A DNA stretch of 64,000 bases, taken from NCBI GenBank assembly GCA_964016885.1, contig OZ024755.1:33542001-33606000 (forward strand). Reading direction: 5' to 3'. The notes below the pieces were generated by a model. It was not told where the DNA came from. It saw nothing but the letters and a program-made list of their open reading frames with translations, and searched no databases. Both the position numbers and the translations under genes were made by a program. Shown in pieces: positions 12,322-25,215 of the stretch (position 1 is its first letter; the number at the start of each line of letters is the position of its first letter). This DNA comes from Eledone cirrhosa (taxonomy: Eukaryota).

Positions 12322-13013
12322 TGGGTCATCAAGTATGAAATTTGTTGAAAAAAAAAAACATATGACCATATGCCTCACTACAAATTTTATATTTGACAAC
12401 CCAATACATGCATTACAGTCTTACAGATAGTTTCCATCTACCAAATTTCACTCGTAACTGAAAAACATATAATAGAAAAAGATTTGCTGAAGGAGTCACA
12501 CTGTGGGAATTAACGCCAAACCACATGATTATGAAGTCAGCTTCTTCACCACACTGCCATGCCATATTTTTATATAGTGGTATATAAAAATACTGATACT
12601 TTCTAATGCCATAGATTCGATTGACCAATTTATTCTTTGCTTTGATTGAATGTGCCATGCTTAATATTTTCAGTAAACTACATAGAAAACTCACTCATCA
12701 GACTTAATGCTAGCTTCAAAGAAATGTGTAGGAAATTTTATTGAGAGATTTTATTTCCCTTTCATTGGTATTTTCACATAGTGTTTAGCTGGGTCATAAA
12801 GCAGCTATCTTACCTTTGTGTACTGGGAGCATAAAAGGTTTTACAAGACTAGATATTGGGTTCAATTGAGGTTGCATGTAATTAACAATGTAACAGTTAT
12901 ATTGTTGTTGATACAACTGTAAAGCTTATTGTTTCATCCACTGAACAGGCAAGGTTTAAATATTGGTCACTAACTTTGAAATGAATTGCTAATATATAGA
13001 GAAATATATAGTG

Positions 13014-13072
<59 letters not shown>

Positions 13073-13075
<3 letters not shown>

Positions 13076-13884
13076 AAGGCGGGTAAAATTCCCGAGATCC
13101 ATGGACGAGTTCTCTCCAGCGGTCTCTGTCCCTCATCATCGCTGCCATATCCTGCATCTCCAACAGACCAGTGTCTGTCCTTAGGGCATCAACATATGTT
13201 AACCTTGGTCTTCCTCTTCTAGTGTGTCCATGTAGGGGCTCCCAAAGGAGCACTGAGTGCAATGTCAACTCTGGATGTCGGTGAGCATGTCCAGCCAACC
13301 TCAGTCTTCTCTGTGTCACTTTTGAGCTAACTTTTGGGATGCTCCCATACAGCTCTGAGTTTTTCATCCTCAGTGTATACTGATTAATGTTCAGAGCCAT
13401 CCTCAGCATTCTCGTGTAGCACCCATCCACCATCTGAGTGAGTCTCTTGGTCAGTGTCCAAGTCTCAGACCCATACAGCAGCACAGACTCCAATACAGCA
13501 ATGAAGAGGCGGATTTTCAGGTCTCTACGAAAGGAGAGCAGGAGAGTTGGGGCGAAAAAGGTATCGGATGCTGAATTTGCCGACAACATAGTTTTGGTGA
13601 CAAATACAGTGAAGGAGGTAGAGGGTTTAAATGCGGGAGGTTGAGACTGTGTCGATGAGTGTGTGGCTGAGAATGAATGAGACTAAAACAAAATATCTGG
13701 TAGAGAATGTTGAGAAGCCAGAGGGGATCACTAATGTAGGCGGGAAGCCGCTGGAATTGGTTGAAGACTTCCTGTATTTGGGAGCAAAGATTGGGAATAC
13801 GGAAGATGATGTGGTTGAGAGGAAGAGCAAGGCCTGGGCGGCGTGTCACAGCTTGAGATCGGTGTGGAGGTCGGACCTTCGTAG

Positions 13885-13885
<1 letters not shown>
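13073..13885 (-). mobile_element. RTE LINE family C with 5' inversion
   Basis: Minus strand 13533-13074 encodes RDLKIRLF..LLYGSETWTLTK..GRPRLTY. Plus strand 13534-13885 encodes the upstream RT part (FADNIVL, MNETKTKY, FLYLGAKI, VWRSDLRR). Both flanks are (TA)n. Confidence 0.9.
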
Positions 13886-13915
<30 letters not shown>

Positions 13916-14037
13916 GTCCTGAGCAAGACAACCAATCTTGCCTCAAGTGGGATAATTCCCTGTCCAGACCCATGCTAACGTGGAAAATGGACGTTAAACG
14001 ATGATGATGATGATATATATATATATATATATATATA

Positions 14038-14372
14038 GGGTAAAGACCCCCTTCGGTCACGAATGACCTTGGGATTTTCACCTAGAAAGTTTTCCTCCGA
14101 GGCACAAGTCCAGGCAAGGTTTGTTTGTGGAAGACCAATAGTCGCCCATGCATACCAGTCTCCCCTCTCCACGCCACCGATGAGGTCCAAGGGAAAGGCA
14201 ATGGCCGATACAGCTTGGCACCAGTGACGTCGCATCTCATTTCTACAGCTGAGTAAACTGGAGCAACATGAAATAAAGTGTCTTGCTCAAGGAAACAACA
14301 CATCACCTGGTCCGAGAATTGAACTCCCAACCTTTCGATTGCAAGCCCGATGCTCTAACCACTAAGCCTTCA
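14038..14372 (-). mobile_element. CORE-type tRNA SINE (family 2, tail variant)
   Basis: On minus: GGCTTAGTGGTTAGAGC A-box, GAGTTCAATTC B-box, CORE-like CCTTGAGCAAGACACTTTA. Confidence 0.75.
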
Positions 14373-14474
14373 CAATATATATATATATAAGCAAAGAGAT
14401 ATTTAATTTGTCTGTTATTCAACAAATTTATTTATAACAGATTCGAAGCACTCTACAGAATTCTTCTGGAGTAT

Positions 14475-17400
14475 AATATCAATGATATTAATACATGGAA
14501 ACTATCTTTATAAAACCATATTTATTTTATTATATATATTTCAAGGGTACCAAAATGTTGGTACGTTCTCATCAGATAAAATACAAAAATTGTTTTATAA
14601 ATATTGACATATCCAAAAAACAAGAACTTATCGTTCTAAGTTCATTTTGGATAGTGAAAGAAATTTCAAATCTTAGGATGAAATATATTGAGGCTAAACG
14701 TACAGTTGAATTACCCCTAACTTACTTAATAAGGCACTTATTTATGCTTCAAAATCTTATCTAGTGAAGTAATAAATACCATTTTAACTGCATGCAAAAC
14801 CCTAATTGTATTTAATAACCATCTCTGGACAAGGGCTGACAGACAGAACAATATCGATATCACAATGAGGTTAGCTGACTCAGCTCAAGTAACAGACCTC
14901 ATTGGAATATTTATTCTTAATGTACTACATAGAAAAATGCCAGAGATGGCCGAAGGTTTATATCGCAACGATATGTCACCATAGCAATAGCGAACTTAAT
15001 AGGAAAAAGAAACCTTAAATTAGAAATTGAGAATAATAATAAAACTGTTAACTTCTTAGATGTCACTTTAAACCTTAGCTCAGGTCTATATTACCCTTTC
15101 CATAAGATTAATGAAAAGCTAAACTATGTAAGCTTCCATTCTAACCTTCCTAGAAATGTAAAAAATACTATTGTCAATAGTGTCCAACAACTAATTTCAC
15201 GCATTTCAGCTAATAAAAATATTTTAAAAAATAAGGCAGAATATTACAATGATGCTCTACATAGAGCTGACTACATAAATAAAATTAAATACTTAGATAA
15301 CAATAACATGCAAAATCATCCTAAAATTTACTATAATAATAATATTAAGCAATTTAACATAAATAATAAATCAAACAAACGAACTAGAGCTAGAAATATT
15401 ATTTGGTACTCTCCCCCATTCTCATTAGGAGTTAAAACATCCGTAGCAAACATATTTTTCAAAGCATTAGACAAAAATTTTCAACATCACTTTCACATCT
15501 AATTTGGTACTTAAAAGGCAATAATATTGACTATTCAATCTCTTAGGGAACGATTTCGAAAGCGCCCACATACCGCAATATGGCTCTCTCAAGAATTTGT
15601 CATTTGTGTATTGAGGACATTTTTCATATACTTATCAGCCAAAACTCTATTAAAAAAAAAGAAAGATTTATTCAGTTCTTGCAGACATTGCCAAACCAAA
15701 ACATTCAGAAGTATCTATAATCTATAGAAAATATCTATACCTCACTTGGTTACACTTAATATGTCTTCACTATGTTTTATTGATGTTTTGCAATGATTAT
15801 TAGATGATGCTTTTCTTTTTAAGTGATAGTTTTCAAATGATACTCTTTTTAAATTGTTTTTAAATGATATTTTGAAATATATCTTTTTTGTGATAGTTCT
15901 AATGATGTTTCTGAATACACTTTGGATGTCTCTAATATTTCTTCCTAATTGACTATATAGACATTAACATTTGCAGCGATGTAGATAATGCTATCTAAAT
16001 ACATATATAAAAGAATGTTTATCTTTGAAAATATGTAATATAGGATACCTTATAATTATATATAAAATAATATATAAACATTTTTCTACATATATGTTGC
16101 ATATATCTTAATTGAATATTCTTTTAAAGTAAATTCTAGTATAAACGACAAATTTAACCTAACTATTTTAACTAAGAAACATCGGAGTTATCTTTTCCTT
16201 TATAATGTAACACGCTTAAATATTTCTTCTAAGTAACAACTAAACTTTACATAAATATTAAATTTTCTGTATAATTTCGTTAACTTACTAAACTTTGTAA
16301 ATGTACTCCTATCTTGATTGAACTATAGAATGCACTAAATAATCTTCTCTAATAAAAATAGAACTACTTCCTTTTTCTTAACTATATGTTGAAAAGGTAA
16401 GCATGAAATTCTTCGAATCCCTTAACATACATCATCATCATCATTTCATTTTACGTTCGCTTTTTCCCTGCTTGCAAGGGTGGGATGGGAACTGATTCTG
16501 ACTTGATTTCTACAGCTGGATGCCCTTCCTAACACCAACCTCATTTTACAGTGAGTGCTGGGTGCTTTTTTGCCGTGGCACCTCCACGACCACTTTGCAG
16601 TGGAATATGGACCCCAGTCCCTATCATCTCATTTCTACAGCTGAGTAAACTGGAGCAATGTGAAATAAAGTGTCTTGCTCAAGGAAACAACACATCACCC
16701 GGTCCGAGAATTGAACTCACAACCTTTCGATTGCAAGGCCAATGCTCTAACCACTAAGCCATGTGCCTACATAAATATTTAAATTATATATCTAAGGAAA
16801 AACACATATATACTCACCAAAATTATTTATATAAATATTTATATCAGTAACCTGTTGTAATATAATAAAGTAAAATATACTTACAACCTTAATTCTTCAT
16901 AAAATATACTTATAAATATTATCTATATAATATTATAACTCACGATTAGAATAGATCCAATAATTAGTAGTATCTCTCAATTTTTAAAATTGGTATTCCG
17001 ACACTTCAACACATTTATAATTCTCATATTATTTTATAGATACTACCAAAATATATAATTATATAATTAAAGAAATAATTATAATTATATCACTCTCTTT
17101 ACACTATCACTGATTTGATCCATACAATTATATTTTAATAATAATAGTGTATTTCTAAATATAATATACTTTTTTAATACTCATTCTTTAAATTTTCTTA
17201 CACCCTAATATTAATATTAACCTTTCTATCTTTTCTTCCCTTAAAAATAAAAAAATAATAAATTATCCTAATAATTATTTAAATTTACCTAGTGTCTAAA
17301 TATAACAATCTGTTTCAACTGTACGTTTAGCCTCATTAACATATGTCATCCTAAGATTTGAAATTTCTTTCACTATCCAAAATGATCTTAAAACGATAAG

Positions 17401-17540
17401 TTCTTGTTTTGGGAATATGTTAATATTTATATAAACAATTTTTGTATTTTATCTGATGAGAGCATACCAAAATGTTGGTACCCTTGCAATATATATAAAA
17501 AAATAAATATGGTTTCCATGTATTAATATCATTGATATAT
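14475..17540 (+). mobile_element. Degenerate Penelope-like element with inverted pseudo-LTRs
   Basis: About 14840-15730 translates, with frameshifts, to PLE RT/thumb motifs (KTVNFLDVTLNL, YVSFHSNLP, NIIWYSPPFS, C-terminal FSSCRH). 14475-14710 and 17314-17540 are ~235-bp inverted repeats containing CTGATGA. Confidence 0.75.
16431..16770 (-). mobile_element. CORE-type SINE family 2 with RTE family A tail
   Basis: tRNA head, CORE motif, AGGAAGGGCATCCAGCTGTAGAAA segment, then RTE-A tail with (ATG)n. Near-identical to 50170-50510; inserted inside the PLE. Confidence 0.8.
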
Positions 17541-17603
17541 ATATCATCATCATTTCATTTTACGTCCGCTTTTTCCCTGCTTGCAAGGGTGGGACGGGAA
17601 CTG

Positions 17604-17623
17604 ATATATATATATATATATAT

Positions 17624-17715
<92 letters not shown>

Positions 17716-17790
17716 TGGGAGAGAAAGAGAGAGAGAAAGATAGAGTGAGAAAGAGAGAAAGAGGGAGAGAGAGAGTGTATGTGTGTGAGA
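17604..17790. repeat. (TA)n(GATA)n(GA)n compound microsatellite
   Basis: Directly visible. Confidence 0.95.
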
Positions 17791-20634
17791 AAGAACAAGA
17801 CAGGAATGGAGAGACATGCATATTAACTCTTTCCATACCAAACTGCTTGAAACTGCTCCAAGTTCTATGATAAAACTACCCACTTTAAAGTATTCCTATC
17901 TAAATTAAAACGTTTCATTATAATTATATGTAAAAGTTTTGTTAAGGTTTAACCCTTTAGCATTTAAACCAGCCATGTCCGGCCAGAATTCTCTCACCTC
18001 TTTCTGTTCAAACTGGCCATAACCGGCTGCTCATACTTATTTTAAGGTATTATTCTCAAAATAAATATCAAAATCTTGTAGATGCCCCCTTCCTAACACC
18101 AAGAAATATGGTAACATAATGGTTAAGAATAAAGGAGGGGAAGTGGAAAGAAAATGCTAGAGAGAGAAAGTGTTGCATTCATATTCAAATATAAAACAGA
18201 ATTATTGATGATTTTGACATTTAACATCAAGTCACCATCCCCACCTAATATTTCACTTTTTCTTTAGAGAGGGTATGGCATCCCTTTAGTTTTTCAGGGC
18301 CTCTAAGACTGATGGAAAAAAGGGAAGAGGTCATCCTCAAATCAAATATTTCACCTAAATGCTTGCACCATTTGAACTCTGCAAGAGAGAGCGAAGAACC
18401 AAGGAGTAGTGTAAAACTGGCTGAGTGAAGTGATTAAGTCTATCATTGATGAACTCAGGATTCAAAGAACCAGAAATTAAAATCAAAGACATTTTACCTT
18501 AGACCATCTCATCTGTTTTCGATCTACAACATCCAAATTGATCATCTTTTTAAGATTGTGGGATTTAACCCTTTAGTATTCAAATAGTTCTGCTCCTGCC
18601 ATAAGCTCTCAGCCAATGTGTCTCATACACAAATTAACAATTATTTTAAAAAATCAATCCCCTATCTCTGTTCAATATATGTGTGTATCTTCTATAATTT
18701 TGTCCTATACTCCCTTATGGTTAAGTAAAAAAATGACGCTGAAATAGACTGCTTCTTCTAGCAACTCTCTTACTCACCAATAGTCCGCCTTTTGCTACAC
18801 TTCTGGATGACAATAAACCACGTGATATTTTCCCCTTTTGAAAATATCACTGACAACGATCAGTTAGAGGAATTTTGTCTTAGTCTGAGGGGTTTCTTGA
18901 AAAGCCATTGGCTTCACAGCTATAGATGCACCATAGCTACACACCACTAGATGAAACTGCAGTCGCGACATTGAATTAAAAGTAGCTATATATATTAGCA
19001 GTACCACTAACACAGCATAATTCACAATGGAAGTATATATGAAAGCATACAGAATATGTTCATGGACAACAAGCGTACATGACTATGGGTATTTCAAGCT
19101 GTAATCATGTCACTCCTACTTCAGTGGCTGTGAGAGATTGCCAGATGCTAGTGCTTCAGGATTTCTATCCATTTTTAATGATGTTTACTCACTTGGTATT
19201 GAGGCAAGAATAAGCTACAGCTTATATACATTTTGTTTACAAAACCTCTGTTGGTGATGCTCACATGCATAAAAGTCAAGCTTGACTGGCTGGTATCAAT
19301 TAGCAGTGACAATAAAATAGCCAGATTCATATTAGAGGAGTATATGAAATCATGTATAATATGTTTATATAGAACAAATATACAAGTCTCACAAGTGGGT
19401 ATTTATTTGAAGCTATGTGGTCACTTGACCTGCTATTGATAGCAGCCAAATCTCCTTGCAGTTTTATAAATGGAGTTTATTTTTCTCCTAAACTACACTG
19501 GATAATATTTGATTATAAGTCTACAGCAATATACTAATTTACTTAACCCATCATCATCAGCAGCATTTAATGGCTATTTTTCATGCTTGGATCGACTGAT
19601 AGTTTGTCATATTTTGAAACGAGACAGGTCTGTAGAACACACAAAATATATACCCTAATGTATAGCCATATTGATACAAAAAAAAAACCATAAATACATC
19701 CTGACATATACAAAACATACTTAATCTAATGCAGAGTATAGTACTTTATATACATTGACATATATAAAAATAACACATATACAAACATACATACATACAA
19801 TTACTGACAAAAACAGAAAAAATTCATAAACCAATATGTATCAATCTACACATAAGAATATATACTACACATTGCAAATATTTAAACACACATGCTACTA
19901 CATACGAAAACTTATATACACTTACACAATATATACCCACCATTAGGATGTTAAAAAAAAATAGGCAATTACATTTAAAAGCACACCATACCATTAGATA
20001 CAATTACATAACAGCATGTATATCTATATATACACAAATATACAGAGACACATCTACACAGTTTGTTACATACACAACAACCTAGAGAAATATTATTTAC
20101 TTTGGATTATAAATTGTATGATGTGAATGAGAAGAAAGGTGAGAAAGAGGAAAGCAATACGATTGACAGCAGCAACATCAACAATAACAAGAATAAGACA
20201 AAAATCAATGCCAACAAAAGCAATCTGAAGCAGCAGCAAACAACAATATCAACAACAATGGCAACTAAGTCAACAACAGCAAACGACCCTAGCACCAACA
20301 ATATCAACTTCTTCAACAACAAAAAAATCCTATCTGAAAAACCACTACCACCACTACCAGCAAAGTACAACAACAACAACAATAGCAATAAAATGTAAAG
20401 ATGTCAGCTCTTTTAGTTAACACATTGAGAAAGTTGATGCTAAAAGTTGATTTGATTAAATTAATTTGTATCTGAAAATAAAACAACTTTCTGTCAAATG
20501 AGATAATTTTCCTGGTGACATTTCTTGGTGTGAAGACTTCTCACCAGGATTGCTAGCTTTGCTTGCATAAACAAATTAGTAGATATCTATAAATACACAT
20601 ACAAACATACAAACACCACACAATTTTATTTATC

Positions 20635-20673
<39 letters not shown>

Positions 20674-20674
20674 A

Positions 20675-20905
20675 AAAGCCCACACTGTAAACTGGTCATG
20701 TAGGCGTCATGACAAAAAGCACCCAGTACTCACTGGAAATGAGGTTGGCGTTATGAAGGGCATCCAGTTGTAGAAATCAAACCCAAATCAGTTCTGCATG
20801 TGCAAGACAAGCTTACCTGACCTAGACATTGCTCACGACAGGACAACTCGTCTAACCCATGGTAGTGTGGAAAAATTGACGTAAAACGGTGATGATGATG
20901 ATGAT
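20675..20905 (+). mobile_element. RTE family B 3' UTR fragment
   Basis: Homologous to 22065-22283; ends GACGTAAAACGGTGATGATGATG. Confidence 0.7.
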
Positions 20906-20924
20906 ATATATATGAGTATAACGA

Positions 20925-22283
20925 GGAATTCAGCATACAGGCTAGTGTCCACCAGGGCTCCGTTCTTAGCCCTCTCCTATTTATTATAGTACTGCAGGCT
21001 ATAACAGAGAAGTTTAAGACCGGATACCCATGGGAACTTCAGTACACGGATGATCTTACACTTATAGCTGAATCTATGATGGAACTAGAAAAGAAATTCC
21101 AAACATGGAAGCAGGGAGTAGAAAGAAGGGGTCTCAAAGTCAACCTGACAAAAACTAAGGTCCTTGTAAGTAGACGAGAAAACAGAACTCAGATCCCCTC
21201 AGAGAAATAGCCTCAGTATGGAGGAAAGGTGTAGGTAGGAACTCCATCCTCTGCTCCAAATGCAAACAATGGGTGCACAAGAGATGTAGTGGGATCTCAG
21301 GAAGTTTAGTTAAGAATGTAGGCTTCACATGTAACAGCTGCACCGAGACAGTAAGTAGCAAACAGCCACAGGAAACAAGTACCACCAATCTCTGGGAGGG
21401 CTCTGTAGAGACAGTAGACAGCTTCTGCTACCTAGGTGACCGACTTAGCAGAGGAGGTGGGTGTTCAGAAAGTACAATAACTAGGGTAAGAACGGGATGG
21501 AAGAAGTTCAGGGAGCTACTACCACTGCTAGCTGCAAAAGGCTTCTCCCTCAAAATGAAAGGCAGACTGTATGATGCATGTATACGAACAGCTATGCTGC
21601 ATGGTAGTGAGACCTGGGCGTTGTGTGCAGAAGACTTGCATAGATTAGAAAGAAACGAAGCGTGCATGCTCCAGTGGATGCGTAATAGTAATATACATGA
21701 ACGGCAAAGCATAAACGAATTAAGAGTGAGGAGAGACTAAGCATAAGAGGAATCAAAGGTTGTGTGCAGGAGAGGAGACTGTGTTAGTATAGACACGTGA
21801 TGCATATGAAGGATGATAGTTGCATAAAAAGGTACAGAGCACTAAAAGTCAATGGAAGCCTTGGAATGAGGTGATAAAAACTGACCTTGCCCAATTGCAC
21901 CTCTCAAGGGCGATGACACATGACCGTGACCTCTGGCATTACACAGTAATACAGAAGACCCGACTTCCCATACGTACAAGCTGAAGCTGAAGCATATAGA
22001 CAATGTTCCCCTATCCCCTCCCACTGCAAAGTGGTCATGGAGGTGTCAAGACAAAAAGCACCTAGTCCACACTGTAAAGTGATTTTGTAGGCACCACAAT
22101 AAAAAAGCACCCAGTACTTACTGTAAATGAGGTTGGTGTTAGGAAGGGCATCCAGCTGTAGAAAACGAGCCCAAATGAGTCCTGTATGAACAAGACATGG
22201 TCACTTGACCTGGCATTGCCCACAACAGGACAACCCATCTAACCCATGCTAGTGTGGAAACATTGACATAAAACAGTGATAAT
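20925..22283 (+). mobile_element. RTE LINE family B, truncated, RT pseudogene
   Basis: HQGSVLSPLLF, YTDDL (YADD), GLKVNLTKTKV, a Cys-rich insert, FCYLGD, LHGSETW; stops and frameshifts; long 3' UTR. Confidence 0.9.
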
Positions 22284-23026
22284 TATATATATATTTGTGT
22301 GTGTGTACATATTCATATATATAACAATGATAAAAATGTGAAGGCTAGCTATTCATAACTCATTTTGCAAATTGCAATAATACTTATTTCTATGGTGTTA
22401 TTACTTGCATAATGCTGTAATCATGCAATCGTTAACAGGACTTCCTCAGACAGCATGTTGGGCAATATATGTGTTATGTAATATATTGCTAATACAATAC
22501 AGGCTATTGATAATGGGGCGGACTTGTATTCGATGTTATGGGTAAAGGATCACTAAAAAGATTGAGAGGGGAATTAAGCAAAACTGGTTTAGGCATGTGT
22601 GTGTGTGTGTTTGTCTTTTATTCAATTTTGGGATGGAGATTTGTAAGACAACATCAAATACAAGTCTGTCCTCTTACCCATAACCTGTATTGTATTAGAA
22701 ACATAAAATATGTTGTCTGGAGAAGTCCTGTTAATGATTGTGAGATGGTAGTCTTACCTAATTGATAATGCCACAGAAATAAGTATAACAGTGATTTACA
22801 TATTTAAAAAATGAGTTATGAATATCTAACCTTGGTCATTTTATCATTGCTGTACATATACACCGTCATGGTCTACCATATTGAATTTGAAAGGATTCAT
22901 ATGATGTTGAGTGCTTGATCCGAATTACATCATTATTTATTGATTAGAGTATTGCAAATGCAATCCCAGAGAGTCAACACTTTATAACATACAAAATGCA
23001 TAATATATATATATACATATCTAATA

Positions 23027-23084
23027 TAGAAATGGCTTTTCAGGTCTAGAACTGTTTCATTCGAAGGAAATCATCAGAAAAGCC
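23027..23084 (-). ncRNA. Type I hammerhead motif in a PLE-terminus-like repeat (cleavage site mutated)
   Basis: Minus strand: GGCTTTT-CTGATGA-TTTCCTTCGAAT-GAAACAG-TTCTAGAC-CTGA-AAGCC. Same family as 52032-52081, with TATAAATA upstream on the same strand. Confidence 0.55.
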
Positions 23085-23516
23085 AAGTGACATTGTGGTA
23101 TGGTGGTATTTATACGTTTTCTGGTGGTAGGAGGTGATGATTAGCATGGGTGGAGGTCATCAGCCAAAGGATTTTAAGAAAAGGAATTCTTGAGAAATAT
23201 ACATACTCTACTATGTATTGAGTACTTTACTGTGTTTACCACCAATTGAATTCGGGATACAATATATAAATAACATAATATATATATAATATGAAAAGAT
23301 TCAGGGCCCCGATGGCTGAGCCATTTAGACAGTTAAATCTGAACAGTTCTGACCTAGCTGTCGATACGGCTAGAACCTTAACTGCCTCATCTACCTTATT
23401 GTTCCACCACCAAGTCACTCTCCTCCTCCTCCTCCTTATGGACTTGCTCCAACCACAGATCTTGTCCGTCATATATATATATACACACACACAAGTATAT
23501 ATATTTCTATATATAC

Positions 23517-23993
23517 TTGTTATATGATGCCTGTGTGAGGAGCGCGATGCTGCATGGTAGTGAGACATGGGCAGCAACTGTGGAGGATATGCGACGGCTG
23601 GAGAGAAATGAGGCAAGCATGCTCCATTGGATGTGCAGTGTCAATGTGCGTGAACGACCAAGCATGAATGTGTTGAGAGAGAAACGTTGTCTGAGACGGA
23701 TAGAATGTAGTGTGCGAGAGAGGAGACTGAGGTGGTATGGACATGTGATGCGCATGGAGGATGACCGATGGGTGAAGAAGTGCCAAGAAATCTCAGTAGA
23801 AGGAAGACGTGGTAGAGGTAGACCACAAAAAACATGGGCGGAGGTGGTGAGAACAGACCTCAGATCACTGAAGCTCACGGTGGAGATGACGAGACGAAGG
23901 ACCGTGATAAGTGGAGAGATGCTGTGCTGAATAGGACCCGTCCTACCCTTGCAAGCAGGAAAAAGCGGACGTATGATGATGATGATGATGATG
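23517..23993 (+). mobile_element. RTE LINE family A, truncated
   Basis: LYDACVRSAMLHGSETW...WYGHVMRM...GRGRPQKTW plus an (ATG)n tail. Confidence 0.9.
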
Positions 23994-25215
23994 TCTAGCA
24001 GCAAGTGTGAGGATTTGATTATGAAATATTTTTTCCATAGCTACTCCTTTTTTCCTTTCTAGAAAAAATTTAAGTATAAAATGTATAAAATAACAGAATA
24101 TTTCTCCAAAACTGAGGAACCCATACACACCTCCTCCGCCTAAGCCAGTTCTGCTCAATTCCTGCCTCAATCGTTTTCCTTAACCTTCAAACCGCCCAAC
24201 CATTTCACTATTCTATTATTTTATTATCTTCATTGCTCTACAACTTGTCTCAAAGCTGTATCACGATTGTTTTGCTGTTAGTCCTTGTGGAATTATCCTT
24301 CTAGCATGAGTCACTGCAATATCTGGCTAGTTCTTAAGCTTCTTCGCTAATTCCTACCTTTCTATCATTCTTTCTTTCTTACTCTCCTTCTTTCATATCT
24401 TTTCTCTCTTCTTTTCCTTCCATTCTCATTCTAAGTTATCTCCTCTCTCTCTCCCTCTTCCTTACCCTCTCACTCATCTTTATCTCATCTCCTCTCTCTC
24501 CCTTACCCTCTCACTCGCCTTTATCTCATCTCCTCTCTCTCTCTCTCTTCCTTACCCTCTCACTCGTCTTTATCTCATCTCCCATCTCTCTTCTTTATCT
24601 CATCTCCCTCTCTCTCTAGATCTTTCTCTCCTTCCTTCCCTAATTATCCCTGTCTTTCATGTTCATTTGGCAGAAAAGTCATGTATGGGAAGAGACTGCA
24701 GTATTGAACTAACTAATGTAACACAGGAATATTATTACATGACTAGGATTAGTGGGAATAATAGTACGGGGGTGGGGTGGAGAGAGGGGGGGGGGAACGA
24801 AAGAGGGGGAGAGAGAATGAATGTAAGAGAGAGAGAGAGAAAGAGAGAGAAATAAAAAAGAGAAAGAAACAAAGGAAGAGAGAAAGAAGGAAAGAAGGAA
24901 AGAAAGAAAGTGAAAGAAAGAAAGAAAAAGAAAAGAAAAGAAAAGAAAAAGAGAAAGAAAGGAAGAAAACAGTGGAATCAACATGACAAAGTGTCTTATT
25001 TTCTTCAGTTAACTTGTATTTAGTTTATTGATATAAGATCTGAGTACACAATCTTGTATTTGTTACATCTGCAATCCTGATTCTTTCTTTGAATCTAAAG
25101 AATTTCATCATCAATGAAGTGGAAACTAGATGTGATATGCAAGGCTTATTAAGGAAGTCAGTTAATGTAATGTGATGGCAGTGTTTGACATAATTATAAC
25201 TAAATCAGGATTTCA

